DNA from: Minisyncoccota bacterium
GTDB lineage: Bacteria > Patescibacteriota > Minisyncoccia > UBA6257 > JAGOQP01
NCBI GenBank assembly: GCA_041674185.1
Contig: JBAYWE010000004.1
Coordinates: 186 to 64,185, forward strand
Length of the DNA: 64,000 nucleotides
Reading direction: 5' to 3'
Shown: piece after piece, positions 7,831 to 18,097 of the stretch
How the letters are laid out: each line of letters begins with the position of its first letter
Position numbering within the stretch: position 1 is the stretch's first letter
Made by a program: the position numbers and the translations under genes
Notes under the pieces: generated by a model
What the model saw: the letters and a program-made list of their open reading frames with translations, nothing else
Database searches by the model: none
Told to the model about the DNA's origin: nothing

Positions 7831-8350
7831 TACAAAAGAATTAATAACACAATTAGAACAATTCCGACGCATTCATCCGCGCGCGGAGTTTTCTCAAGAT
7901 TCAAAACGAATTATTCTTTCTACTCCATATAAATCATTTTCACAAAAAACGACAATCACTCCTTCATGGGACGTACAATTACAATATGGATTCTCATCAA
8001 TTGTGCGTATTGGGTCATTTATAGGTATTGGATTATCTATCCTTATCATCTCTTTGTACGCGACTCATGAATTATCTCCTGTGTTATTCCCTGGATTAAG
8101 TCCTCAAAGCATTACCGCTGAAGCAGAAATGTTGAATTCAAACATGAATATTGAACTCTCTCGCTTGGGATATTTTGACACCACAGCACAAGAAAGTAGT
8201 GCTGCGTTGAAACAATTGTCTCAAAAACAGTTTAATCATCTCAATGATACCATTATTACCTCAGAAGCCACGGCACTCCAGGAAACAATTTCGACTCCCT
8301 CTGACGATACCACTCAAATAAATGCACTTATTAATCAATTAAGTAACTAA
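7817..8350 (+). CDS. Putative anti-sigma factor (single-pass membrane protein)
   Basis: Overlaps the sigma factor stop by 14 nt. One central TM helix. Classic ECF sigma / anti-sigma arrangement (inference). Confidence 0.45.
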   Translation: MKFNNTKELITQLEQFRRIHPRAEFSQDSKRIILSTPYKSFSQKTTITPSWDVQLQYGFSSIVRIGSFIGIGLSILIISLYATHELSPVLFPGLSPQSITAEAEMLNSNMNIELSRLGYFDTTAQESSAALKQLSQKQFNHLNDTIITSEATALQETISTPSDDTTQINALINQLSN

Positions 8351-8364
8351 AGAAATATATTCCT

Positions 8365-9303
8365 ATGCGCCACATCCATCGTATACTTCATACTTCTCTC
8401 ACCGCTCTTATTGTTATATGCGGTATAGTGGGATCATATGGCTTACAAACACCCACAGTATATGCAGAAACAAAAGACACAACCTCTTCTCAACTCACTG
8501 AAATAAAAGATCAGATACGTCAGTTATTTGAGTTACAAGATAGTATCACCATTCCTCAGCAAGACAAGGATCTCCAAGAGTTACAGTTACGTCGTAAAAT
8601 ACTCACCGCTATAGTCACCGCAACCCAAAAGCAAACAGCGACGGCACGAGATGAATTTGAAAAAATACAACTTCCCAACTCAGATGATTGGAAACAAATT
8701 CATGATTCAATTCTTTCCTCTTTTGACGCAACACAAGAGTATTATACTGAGGTGTACAATCGCATTACCAACGATCCCAATCTTACCTCCTCATTACTTA
8801 AAAATATAGCACGCGATATAGAACAGAAAAAAACACAAGAAATTGATCCTCTTATCAAAAAAGCTCATGTAATTGTGGCAACATTTAATATTACCGACAT
8901 GCTTAAGGTGGGCGATGATCGTCTTGCAAAGATTAAACTTGATGTAGATAAAATATACACACAAAAACTAACTCGTTCACAAACTCTGAAACAGTTATTT
9001 GAAAAAGCTTCACTTGAGCTTTCTCAAGCACGTGAGTTTAACGACCTATCAAAAGAGACTATCTTATATGCATACACGACACCTGAAACAGGGAGCTCAA
9101 CTGAATATCTAGACGCACTCTATAAGAAACTAGAAAAAGAAAAAGGAGATTCTCTCCGCACTACTCATAGTTCAACGGACTCCTCTTCTGAAGTTATACA
9201 AGACTATATACAAAAAACCGTTACCGAATCGATCACTTCTATTAAATCAGTATACGATATATTTATGAAAATGAGTTCAAACGTAAAAAGTTATCTCAAA
9301 TAG
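8365..9303 (+). CDS. Secreted hypothetical protein, third gene of the ECF sigma operon
   Basis: Signal-peptide-like N-terminus, coiled-coil rich, co-oriented with tight spacing. Confidence 0.45.
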   Translation: MRHIHRILHTSLTALIVICGIVGSYGLQTPTVYAETKDTTSSQLTEIKDQIRQLFELQDSITIPQQDKDLQELQLRRKILTAIVTATQKQTATARDEFEKIQLPNSDDWKQIHDSILSSFDATQEYYTEVYNRITNDPNLTSSLLKNIARDIEQKKTQEIDPLIKKAHVIVATFNITDMLKVGDDRLAKIKLDVDKIYTQKLTRSQTLKQLFEKASLELSQAREFNDLSKETILYAYTTPETGSSTEYLDALYKKLEKEKGDSLRTTHSSTDSSSEVIQDYIQKTVTESITSIKSVYDIFMKMSSNVKSYLK

Positions 9304-9335
9304 AAATTCCTCATATATAGAATGACACCTATAAT

Positions 9336-9364
9336 AAAAATCCCATCAAAAAGATGGGATTTTT
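9336..9364. terminator. Bidirectional rho-independent terminator (AAAAATCCCATC-AAAAA-GATGGGATTTTT)
   Basis: Perfect 12-bp stem flanked by A and T runs, between convergent genes 8365..9303 (+) and hup (-). Confidence 0.7.
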
Positions 9365-9395
9365 ATTATATCTCTCGAGAGATATCAATCGTAAT

Positions 9396-9671
9396 TTATT
9401 GTACTGCTTCCTTTAAGGCCTTTGCAGCGCGGAATTTTGGCTTGATTGAAGCCGCAATATGAATCTTTTCTCCTGTGCGAGGATTTACCCCTTCACGTGC
9501 TGCACGTTTTGAAACCTTAAATGTACCAAAACCAGCAATGGCAACTTCTTCACCCTTGCTCATAGTTTTGATAATGGTTTCAAAAATAGCATCAATGACA
9601 GCGGCTGCGGTTTTCTTAACCTCAATGCCACCCGCGTTCATTACTACTTCAACAAAATCTTGTTTTTTCAT
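9396..9671 (-). CDS. hup: Nucleoid-associated DNA-binding protein HU
   Basis: 91 aa. HU signature (GFGTF...RAAREGVNPRTGEKIHI...KPKF). Confidence 0.85.
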   Translation of the reverse strand: MKKQDFVEVVMNAGGIEVKKTAAAVIDAIFETIIKTMSKGEEVAIAGFGTFKVSKRAAREGVNPRTGEKIHIAASIKPKFRAAKALKEAVQ

Positions 9672-9746
9672 ATATCTTGCGATTGATTAACGACCTTTCT
9701 TATGTGCATAGTATACCATACCACCCCTAAAAAGCAAAGCAAAAGC

Positions 9747-11624
9747 CTATTGTTTTGTAGATGTCGCAACTCTATTTTGATAATACCACTCTAACACATC
9801 TCGAGCTACGGGAACCGCATTTAAACTTCCCTGTTGCGCATCTTCTATAAGCACCAATAAAGCAATAGATGGATTTGGTACAGGGGCATACGCAACAACG
9901 AATGCATTTTCTTTTGTATTATTTTGAATCTGAGCGCTCCCTGTTTTTCCGGCAATATTCATAGGAATAGTATTGAGTATGTGCGCTGTTCCATATTCTT
10001 GTTTTACTGTAGCCAACATTCCTAACTCGATTTCATTAAAATTATTCTGATCTTTTGCCACAATTTCATCAAATGAAGGGGTTGCTTGATATATAATATT
10101 ACCCCCACTTGTTTTTGAGGTTTGCACAATAAAGGGACGCGGTAATTTTCCCTTATTCGCAATTCCACAAATATATCGAATGAGCTCTAGGGGGGTAATA
10201 CGAAGATCCCCCTGCCCAATAGATACGTTATAGGTATCTCCTATGCGCCATATTTGACCTGTACGAGCTTCTTTCTCTTCTGCGTTCGGTAATACTCCCG
10301 CAACTTCACCAGGCAAGTCAATCCCTGTTTTTTTATCCAATTGAAAGGCTTTCCAGTACTTGTTTAATAATTCTATACCTAACCCTCTTTGTTCCTGAAA
10401 CCCGCCCCCTACTTCATAAAAATATACATTACTTGATCGCGCTAATGCTGAATATAGATTTACCCACCCCTGAGGTTTCCAATCTAAAAATCGTGATGGT
10501 TTTGATGGTGTATATGGATTGGGAAGCTCGATATATCCCGGTGAATAAATTGATTTCAATGGATCAATAACTCCCTCTTCTAAAGCACCAAACCCCACCA
10601 GCGGCTTTATAGTTGACCCAGGACTATACACCCCCGCAACAGCTCTATTGAATGTTGGGTTTGTGGGATCAGAAAATAATTTCGCCGATAACGCATTATT
10701 ATCAAAATCAGGAAAATTAATAAGAGACAATATCTCTCCTGTTTGTGGATTTATAGCAATACCCACTCCCGATGTTCTATTTAAATCCACCAGTCTCTTC
10801 TTCATGACTGTATAGAATTCCTTCTGTAATCCTGCGTCAATCGTGGTATACATATGAGCTCCCCCTATAGGCGCAGTGGTACTCTCGGGACCAATAGCAT
10901 TTCCTCGTGCATCACGAAATTGTATGCGGGCCCCATTTATTCCTCGCAATAATTCGTCGTATTGAATTTCTAATCCCATCTTTCCAATCTCATCATTCAA
11001 ACGAAGATTACTATCACGAGCAAGATCCCCCTCACTTACTAAACCAGTAAAACCGATAAGATGAGCGAAGGCTGGTGCGTCTATATATTCTCGCGAGAAT
11101 CCATCTTCTATGGCAAGTGCTTTGTTTTGTAATTTTTTAAGATCAATAACTGACTCCAATGATACGTTTCTAAATAAAGGGTAGTAAGCCTGACGTTCTA
11201 GATCGGCCTTAATAATTTTTTCTTTTATCTGGGTAATATCAAGAGGGAGAATACTATTAATTTGTTCGAGTGTGTTCTGAATTGCCTCGGGCGTCTTTAA
11301 TATTTCTGATAAATTAATAGATACTGAAAAACTTGGTTTATTTGTTACCAGGGGAACTCCATATCTATCGTAAATAATTCCTCGAGGAGCATTCAGGATG
11401 GTTCCCTGCCCCGCATTCGCCAGAGACCTACTCTGATATTCCGCACCATGAATTCCCCCAAAGAAAATGATCCGTACTCCTACACCACATACTATAATTC
11501 CTACCACAATAATAAATACACGAAATAATTTTTCAGAAAGAGGGCGCTCAACAACACCCAATTCATCGGAAAAATCATCAAGAGCTATATCTTCTAAGAA
11601 AAAATCTTTTTTACCCATACCCAC
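9747..11624 (-). CDS. mrdA: Penicillin-binding protein 2 (class B transpeptidase, elongasome)
   Basis: N-terminal TM. Motifs STIK (SxxK), SSN (SxN) and KTGSA (KTG). Located immediately downstream of mreBCD. Confidence 0.8.
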   Translation of the reverse strand: MGMGKKDFFLEDIALDDFSDELGVVERPLSEKLFRVFIIVVGIIVCGVGVRIIFFGGIHGAEYQSRSLANAGQGTILNAPRGIIYDRYGVPLVTNKPSFSVSINLSEILKTPEAIQNTLEQINSILPLDITQIKEKIIKADLERQAYYPLFRNVSLESVIDLKKLQNKALAIEDGFSREYIDAPAFAHLIGFTGLVSEGDLARDSNLRLNDEIGKMGLEIQYDELLRGINGARIQFRDARGNAIGPESTTAPIGGAHMYTTIDAGLQKEFYTVMKKRLVDLNRTSGVGIAINPQTGEILSLINFPDFDNNALSAKLFSDPTNPTFNRAVAGVYSPGSTIKPLVGFGALEEGVIDPLKSIYSPGYIELPNPYTPSKPSRFLDWKPQGWVNLYSALARSSNVYFYEVGGGFQEQRGLGIELLNKYWKAFQLDKKTGIDLPGEVAGVLPNAEEKEARTGQIWRIGDTYNVSIGQGDLRITPLELIRYICGIANKGKLPRPFIVQTSKTSGGNIIYQATPSFDEIVAKDQNNFNEIELGMLATVKQEYGTAHILNTIPMNIAGKTGSAQIQNNTKENAFVVAYAPVPNPSIALLVLIEDAQQGSLNAVPVARDVLEWYYQNRVATSTKQ

Positions 11625-12052
11625 ACACTATACATTACAAATAAAATAAGTACATTATATAAGAATTCCATAAAAAGAGGGACTCCAAAAACCTGTTTTC
11701 CGAAGAAAATAACCCAAAATAGAACTTGAAATACAAAAAGCGTACCCACTATGAGCGCTATATGTGGATCACGAATAAACATTTTTCGCATACCGTAAAC
11801 CCCCATACCCATAATACCCAATGTTACTAATTCAGCTGTTACAAACGGAGTATATTTCAACCAGAGAAGTACTCCCAACAAAAAGAGTGCGAACACCAAG
11901 ATGTCGTCAATAACAAACGCAAGTAATATAATAGTAACGAGATATATATTTGGTTTTATAGGAAACGGCACAATACTCACCAAAGAAAGCAGCATCATAG
12001 TGCATAAAATAACACATCCCCGTAAAATTTCATTCCGTAAAGCAGGAGTCAT
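11594..12052 (-). CDS. mreD: Rod shape-determining protein MreD (polytopic membrane protein)
   Basis: 152-aa multi-TM ORF between mreC and PBP2. Assigned by gene order and hydrophobicity only. Confidence 0.5.
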   Translation of the reverse strand: MTPALRNEILRGCVILCTMMLLSLVSIVPFPIKPNIYLVTIILLAFVIDDILVFALFLLGVLLWLKYTPFVTAELVTLGIMGMGVYGMRKMFIRDPHIALIVGTLFVFQVLFWVIFFGKQVFGVPLFMEFLYNVLILFVMYSVWVWVKKIFS

Positions 12053-12070
12053 ATATTGTATAATAAGAAA

Positions 12071-12745
12071 CTATCGTACCACCAATACGGTACGTAAATC
12101 ATTTATTGTGTACGGGAGTTCAATGGTTGCTTCTAAGAAAGCACCTAACGCATCCTCATGTACCTCACGTATTGTCCCTACCGTAAGGCCATATGGCATG
12201 TCTTTTGTTGCGGTGATAATAAGATCCCCTCCATGAACTTTTTTTGCTTTATCTATCAAGGTTATACGAGGAGTGACACCACCCTGTAATAACCCATTTA
12301 CCTCTTCACTTCCTATACGAACTGGTATACGTAAGGCGCTATCAAAAACAGTTATCACTTCACCCGAAGTCTTTTCTATCTCTTGTATTTGTCCCACAAA
12401 CACCCGCAATGAAAACAGAACAGCGCTTCCTATATGAATACTGTCATGCTCTCCCTTATCTATAAATAAACGGTTTTTTGTATTAAATGGATATAATGAA
12501 AAGACTTTTGCCTGAAGCGTTTCTTGAGGTGTTATAACAATAGTATGTTGACCCGCATAAAGCTGATTCTTTAAATCCTCATTTTCTTGTATTAACTTTC
12601 TTTGATCATCTAATGAAACAGAAGAAAATATTCCTTGAATAGATCCCAATAAAAAACTTGGTTTTTTAACAAAAACTGAAGTAGCGAATACACTCGTACC
12701 CACCAGTAAACAAATGAGAATGAGAATAAATTGAATATGTTTCAT
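12071..12745 (-). CDS. mreC: Rod shape-determining protein MreC
   Basis: N-terminal TM, coiled-coil segment, then a beta-rich domain. Positioned after mreB. Confidence 0.6.
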   Translation of the reverse strand: MKHIQFILILICLLVGTSVFATSVFVKKPSFLLGSIQGIFSSVSLDDQRKLIQENEDLKNQLYAGQHTIVITPQETLQAKVFSLYPFNTKNRLFIDKGEHDSIHIGSAVLFSLRVFVGQIQEIEKTSGEVITVFDSALRIPVRIGSEEVNGLLQGGVTPRITLIDKAKKVHGGDLIITATKDMPYGLTVGTIREVHEDALGAFLEATIELPYTINDLRTVLVVR

Positions 12746-12812
12746 GAAAGACTTTTGAGTTATCTATATAAAATTTTGATTGACGATATTATTCAATACC
12801 CTTGCTCATGAT

Positions 12813-13853
12813 TTAATCCAATACAATTGGTTTTATTAAAAGAGAAAATACATTTTTATGAGCATCTATATTCTCCGCGGCAATTCCAGCTCCCCGCACC
12901 ACACAGGTAAGCGGATCATCTACTAAAATAGTTTTGACAGCGAGCTCTTTTTCTACTAATTCAATAAGACCCCGTAATAAACTCCCCCCTCCTGAAAAAT
13001 AAATCCCATGACGTAAAATATCTCCTGAGAGTTCCGGAGGTGTTTTTTCAATAATATCGCGGATAGATTCTATCATCTGCTTTAACAGAGGTAACAACAC
13101 CGCGCGTACTTGTATATCACGAATAAGTACCTCCCGAGGAAGTCCTGAAGATAAATCACGTCCTGAAATAGATGTTTCTAATTTTTCGGAACTCGGAAGG
13201 GCTGATCCTATTTCAATTTTAATTCGCTCTGCGGTTGGTTCTCCAATTAACATTTTAAATTCATCTCGCACAAATCGAATAATTTCATCGTTAAATCTAT
13301 CTCCTGCTATTTTTAGACTCTTGGAAACAACTACACCCCCCATAGAAATAATAGCTATCTCCGTTGTTCCTCCCCCAATATCCACAATCATACTCGCGGT
13401 GGGCTCATCAATAGGAAGTCGAGCTCCCAGTACTGCCGCAATTGGTTCTTCTAATAAATATACACTTGAAACTCCTGCTGAAATAACCGCATCTTCAACT
13501 GACTTGCGTTCTACTTCAGTTAAATTAGTCGGTATAGCAACTACAGCACGAATATATTTGAATAATGAATCGTTTTTCACTCGCTTCATATACTGCTTGA
13601 GGACTTCTTGTGTTATCACAAAATCAGAAATAACCCCATTTATAAGTGGACGAATTACATTAATATGAGTAGGAGTGCGACCCATCATACGCTTTGCCTC
13701 TTCTCCCACAGCAAGTGTCTGACCCGTTTTCTCATTTATTGACGCTATAGTAGGTTCATTAATAACAATACCCTCGCCCTTAATATACACAAGAGTATTC
13801 GCGGTTCCTAGATCAATTCCAATATCTGTTTTGAATTTATCAAATAGTTTCAT
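12813..13853 (-). CDS. mreB: Rod shape-determining actin homologue MreB
   Basis: N-terminus IGIDLGTANTLVY and MreB-like phosphate-binding motifs throughout. 346 aa. Confidence 0.9.
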   Translation of the reverse strand: MKLFDKFKTDIGIDLGTANTLVYIKGEGIVINEPTIASINEKTGQTLAVGEEAKRMMGRTPTHINVIRPLINGVISDFVITQEVLKQYMKRVKNDSLFKYIRAVVAIPTNLTEVERKSVEDAVISAGVSSVYLLEEPIAAVLGARLPIDEPTASMIVDIGGGTTEIAIISMGGVVVSKSLKIAGDRFNDEIIRFVRDEFKMLIGEPTAERIKIEIGSALPSSEKLETSISGRDLSSGLPREVLIRDIQVRAVLLPLLKQMIESIRDIIEKTPPELSGDILRHGIYFSGGGSLLRGLIELVEKELAVKTILVDDPLTCVVRGAGIAAENIDAHKNVFSLLIKPIVLD

Positions 13854-13855
13854 AC

Positions 13856-15106
13856 TTAAGAAACATACTGAATTATCTCAGAAAAATCAACCATGTTTAT
13901 TTCTTGTTCATTTCTCTTTTTCACCTCAATTTTATCTCCTGTTTTCTGACTGATCACCAATCTATAAGGAATTCCCATAAGATCACTCTCCGCAAATTTT
14001 TGCCCAGGAGAAACGTGCATACGATCATCACATAATACCTCTATCCCCTCAGCCTGTAAGTTATCGTGGAGGCGTATTGTCTGTTCCATAATTATTTTAT
14101 TTTGTGCGTCATCCTGTCCCACAAGAGCAATGATATGTACGCGGAACGGAGCAATGTTTTTAGGCCAAATGAGCCCTTTTTCATCATGACGTGTTTCTGC
14201 AATAACACCCATTAAGCGAGATATCCCGATACCATAACATCCCATAATGGGATATTGTTTTTTATTTTCATGATCAATAAATCCTAGATTAAAATCTTTT
14301 CCATACTTCTGACCTAAATCAAATACATTTCCCACCTCTGAGGCTCGCGCCTGCTGTAATACCTCCGAACATTTTGGACATAATTCTCCTTCTTTTTGTT
14401 TTGTAATTTCAACATTCACACAAAAATCACATGAGGGACAATATAAAATATCATCCTCTCCCGCATCGGTAAGAACCATAAACTCATATGAAATCTTTTG
14501 GCTAAACGATCCCCCAGAAGCCTCAGTCACCTTTGCGACTAATCCGAGACGATTAAAAATTTTTAGATATGATTCTTTTGCTCTCATATAAAATTTTTCA
14601 AAATCATCTTGATTCTCATGAAAACTATACATATCTTTCATGAGAAATTCTCTCCCGCGAAGCAATCCTGACTTAGCTCGTAACTCATCACGAAATTTCC
14701 AATGAATCTGATATACCGCAACAGGAAGATCTTTATAGGTATTTACTCTGCTCATTAAAAGTGGAGTGACTACTTCTTCTTCGCTTTGTCCAAGCGCATA
14801 TTCTTTTTCTGTTCTGCTTTGTATTTTAAAAAGAACATCAATTGAACTCCACCCTCCGGTTGTTTCCCAAATACTTTTTGGATGCAACATAGGCATCAGA
14901 ATTTCATGAGCCCCCAATTCATTCATTTCTTCACGCACCACCGTTTCTATGTTCCGTAAGACTCGTAGGCCTAATGGCAGATACGAATACACCCCCGCCA
15001 TAAGTTTATCTACAAACCCAGCACGCACTAATAATTGTGCATTTTTTGTTTCTTCATCTTTTGGAGCTTCTTTGCGAGCAAAGGAGAGATAACGAGATTG
15101 GAACAT
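13856..15106 (-). CDS. proS: Proline--tRNA ligase (short form)
   Basis: Class II ProRS motifs (LLVRAGF..., YQIHWKFRDELRAKSGLLRGREFLMKDMYSFH). 416 aa, with no editing insertion. Confidence 0.75.
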   Translation of the reverse strand: MFQSRYLSFARKEAPKDEETKNAQLLVRAGFVDKLMAGVYSYLPLGLRVLRNIETVVREEMNELGAHEILMPMLHPKSIWETTGGWSSIDVLFKIQSRTEKEYALGQSEEEVVTPLLMSRVNTYKDLPVAVYQIHWKFRDELRAKSGLLRGREFLMKDMYSFHENQDDFEKFYMRAKESYLKIFNRLGLVAKVTEASGGSFSQKISYEFMVLTDAGEDDILYCPSCDFCVNVEITKQKEGELCPKCSEVLQQARASEVGNVFDLGQKYGKDFNLGFIDHENKKQYPIMGCYGIGISRLMGVIAETRHDEKGLIWPKNIAPFRVHIIALVGQDDAQNKIIMEQTIRLHDNLQAEGIEVLCDDRMHVSPGQKFAESDLMGIPYRLVISQKTGDKIEVKKRNEQEINMVDFSEIIQYVS

Positions 15107-15152
15107 AAATTTAAATAGTATCTATTTTTTTAATTACTCATAGAAAATTCTT

Positions 15153-16217
15153 CTACCAGATACGCACGACATCGCGCACACTGATAAACAACAATAAACA
15201 GATAAGCAGTAAGAAACCGACTCCATTTGTAATGGCTTGTGTTTTTGCAGAAACGGGTGATTTTTTTATTTTTTCAATAATAACCAGGAGCACTCGTCCT
15301 CCATCCAACGCAGGGAACGGAAATATATTTACTGCCGCTAAGTTAAGAGAAATCATTGCTGCTAAATACAATACATGTGCCCACCCCATAGCCGACGCTT
15401 GTGCGGTTGCCTGAAATACACCCACTGGACCGGTTAATGCATGGAAGAGGTCCCCTGAAGTAATCCCGATCAAAGCCCCTACAAGCTTAAATAATAAAAT
15501 GAATATAGCGCTAAACACCTGAAGAGCAAATGTTGCAGAAGCGATAGCCGCATCTCCAAATGACATTGCGGAAATTCCCGACTCAGAAAGAGCTACCCCT
15601 AATGCCCCCTCTCCTAAAGGAGGATCCACACGCGGTACTGTAACAATAGTTTTTTCAGATCCATTACGCTGCACTAGAAATTTCATCTCCTTTCCAGAGT
15701 TTTCTTGTGTTGCTCGTATAAATGCCTCTACGGTAGAAAACTCTTTCAGCACATCTCCTTCTTGTATTCCCGCATGTTCTGCGGGAGAATTTTTAGAAAC
15801 AGAAATAATAACCACCTCTGGATTAATACCGTGCATAAATACAGGAATAAATAATAACCATCCCACTACTATATTCATAGCCACACCCGCACACAGAACC
15901 ACAATTCGTTGCCACGGTTTTTTACGAGAAAATAATCGTTCTGGTTGGATCTTTTTCTTTTCTTCTTCTGTTAATTCTTCTTCTCCATTCTCTCCAGGAA
16001 TTTTTACATATCCCCCGAGAGGGATCGCATTTATACTGATACGCGTCTCCCCCTTTATCCACGAAAAAATACGGGGAGGAAAACCAATCGCAAATTCTTC
16101 CACATACATACCAAACTTTTTGGCAGTAAAAAAATGTCCAAACTCATGAGCGACCACCAAAACCGCAAGTATCACAATAAATATTAGTATAGTAAGAATC
16201 ATAGTAATAAGCATCAA
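15153..16217 (-). CDS. rseP: Site-2 protease / RIP zinc metalloprotease RseP family
   Basis: HEFGHFF HExxH motif in TM1, central PDZ-like segment, C-terminal LDGG motif. Confidence 0.8.
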   Translation of the reverse strand: MMLITMILTILIFIVILAVLVVAHEFGHFFTAKKFGMYVEEFAIGFPPRIFSWIKGETRISINAIPLGGYVKIPGENGEEELTEEEKKKIQPERLFSRKKPWQRIVVLCAGVAMNIVVGWLLFIPVFMHGINPEVVIISVSKNSPAEHAGIQEGDVLKEFSTVEAFIRATQENSGKEMKFLVQRNGSEKTIVTVPRVDPPLGEGALGVALSESGISAMSFGDAAIASATFALQVFSAIFILLFKLVGALIGITSGDLFHALTGPVGVFQATAQASAMGWAHVLYLAAMISLNLAAVNIFPFPALDGGRVLLVIIEKIKKSPVSAKTQAITNGVGFLLLICLLLFISVRDVVRIW

Positions 16218-16280
16218 ACCTTAAACATTACTGAACCATTCATTTCAGAAAATTAAGATTTATTTGAAATTTGTTATGTA

Positions 16281-16826
16281 TTATTCATTAATTTCACCCA
16301 TCTTTTTCTCAACTAATGCATCCACTTCTTTATTAAATGCATCAAGTTCTTTTTGAATAGATTCTTGTATAACAAACCGATCATCTTCGGTGATTGTTCC
16401 CGCTTTCTCTTGAGCGATACTATCCTTTTTTACATCGTCACGAGCCGCACGAGATTTGATACGAGCCTCTTCTGCTTTTGTCTTAATAATCTTGATTAAA
16501 TCGGTTCTTCGTTCATCAGTCAGAGAAGGAAGGTTAATATGTATGGTCGTACCATCATTTGCTGGATTTACATTTAGTTTATCTGCCACCGTCTTCATAA
16601 GAGCGGGTACTACGGCTATATCCCAAACCATAACCTGAATTTCCCGAGGGGGTACAATAGAAATAGATCCCACTTGTTTAATAGGAACGTGTTGTCCATA
16701 ATATTCTACCTGTATATCTTCCACTAATGCGGGTGTGGGTCGTGAACCACGAATCGCCGACGCTTCATCCTTAAAAAATTTGAGTATATCAGCCAATTTT
16801 TGATTAAATTCTTTTTGTGTATCCAT
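16281..16826 (-). CDS. frr: Ribosome recycling factor
   Basis: RRF-like throughout. Start at MDTQKEF. Confidence 0.8.
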   Translation of the reverse strand: MDTQKEFNQKLADILKFFKDEASAIRGSRPTPALVEDIQVEYYGQHVPIKQVGSISIVPPREIQVMVWDIAVVPALMKTVADKLNVNPANDGTTIHINLPSLTDERRTDLIKIIKTKAEEARIKSRAARDDVKKDSIAQEKAGTITEDDRFVIQESIQKELDAFNKEVDALVEKKMGEINE

Positions 16827-16886
16827 GTGTATAGTGTAACAAAAATACACCTCTTTTTCAATTTTCATTTTCTTTATACGCTTTTA

Positions 16887-16917
16887 CTAAAAATCCGCTC
16901 TGAAAGCGGATTTTTAG
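16887..16917. terminator. Terminator hairpin (CTAAAAATCCGC-TCTGAAA-GCGGATTTTTAG)
   Basis: Perfect 12-bp stem with flanking A/T runs, downstream of the 16982..18097 gene. Confidence 0.65.
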
Positions 16918-16981
16918 TAAACAAAAACATTTTATATTCAACTTTCTATCCCTTACCCTCATTGGAAATTCCTAGTGAATT

Positions 16982-18097
16982 TTATTCGCTTAAAATTACT
17001 CGTCCTCCACCCAAGAAGTAGAATTGATGTACTCCAAAATCGGATGGAATATTGTCTTGTAACTTCCAACTTCCTCCTGCATTTGTGCTTATATACATGC
17101 GTCCATTAGAGATAATATATACAACATTTCCTGAAACCGCGAGCGCATCAATTTGTTTTTTAAGTAATGGAATATTATCTATTAAATCAAAGGTAACTCC
17201 ATAATTTTCACTCCTATACAATCCTTCTTTTCCAAGCGCATATATGTCTCCCGAAGACGCAAATCCAACACTCTTCATAGATCCTGAAGAAAACCATCCT
17301 TTCTGGACACTTATTTTTGTGTATTCTCCCAAGGGACCCGCTGCTTGCATAAGAACCCCCGATTTTAAGAGTGCATAGAAAAACCCATCTTTATTATCAT
17401 ATAATCGCACAATAGGAGAAGGAAACGTGTGCGTAACTCGAAACGTTTCTTTTACTCTATCATATTGAATAAGTTGTCCGTTAGACATAGCTAAGTAAAG
17501 AGTATTTCCATAGGCTACCATGTCGTACACTCCCTCATCAGCAAAATAAACAAGACGCTGTAATGTCGCAAACATATCTGAAGTATAATACACAAAACCT
17601 ACTCCATTTTGAAAAACTGAAACAAGATATGAGTTCGTATCAACAGGAACCACCCGTAACACAACACTTTCTGTAGTAATTTCTCCTTGGGGGGTTTTAA
17701 CCGCACGCCAGGTGAGACCGGTATTATCACTATAGTACAATCCTCTATTAGTAGATACCATAAGTATTTCAGGAGAGGTGTGTGTATAGACATCAACATC
17801 ATAGATGCGAATATCTCCTTGCAAGTTTAATTTTGCGGGATAAATATTTTTTAAATTATCAAAAGAAATCATGAAGCGACTCGCTTCATGAGAAGAGGCT
17901 CCTCCTATAACCGAGGCCGCAGAAGCAAGAAATCCACTCGCTCCTCCTGTTGCACCTGTGGCATTCATAGACAAAGACGGAGCAAGGTCGCCAAGATCAA
18001 AAGAAGCCCCGAGTACATTTGAGACACCCACAATACCGAGGTATGCACCCACCACGGCAATAGCTAACATACCAGTAAAAATTAATTTATCAGACAT
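16982..18097 (-). CDS. Membrane-anchored or secreted hypothetical protein; repetitive beta-rich (propeller-like)
   Basis: N-terminal TM/signal, then recurring aromatic and Gly-rich blades. No confident family. Confidence 0.45.
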   Translation of the reverse strand: MSDKLIFTGMLAIAVVGAYLGIVGVSNVLGASFDLGDLAPSLSMNATGATGGASGFLASAASVIGGASSHEASRFMISFDNLKNIYPAKLNLQGDIRIYDVDVYTHTSPEILMVSTNRGLYYSDNTGLTWRAVKTPQGEITTESVVLRVVPVDTNSYLVSVFQNGVGFVYYTSDMFATLQRLVYFADEGVYDMVAYGNTLYLAMSNGQLIQYDRVKETFRVTHTFPSPIVRLYDNKDGFFYALLKSGVLMQAAGPLGEYTKISVQKGWFSSGSMKSVGFASSGDIYALGKEGLYRSENYGVTFDLIDNIPLLKKQIDALAVSGNVVYIISNGRMYISTNAGGSWKLQDNIPSDFGVHQFYFLGGGRVILSE

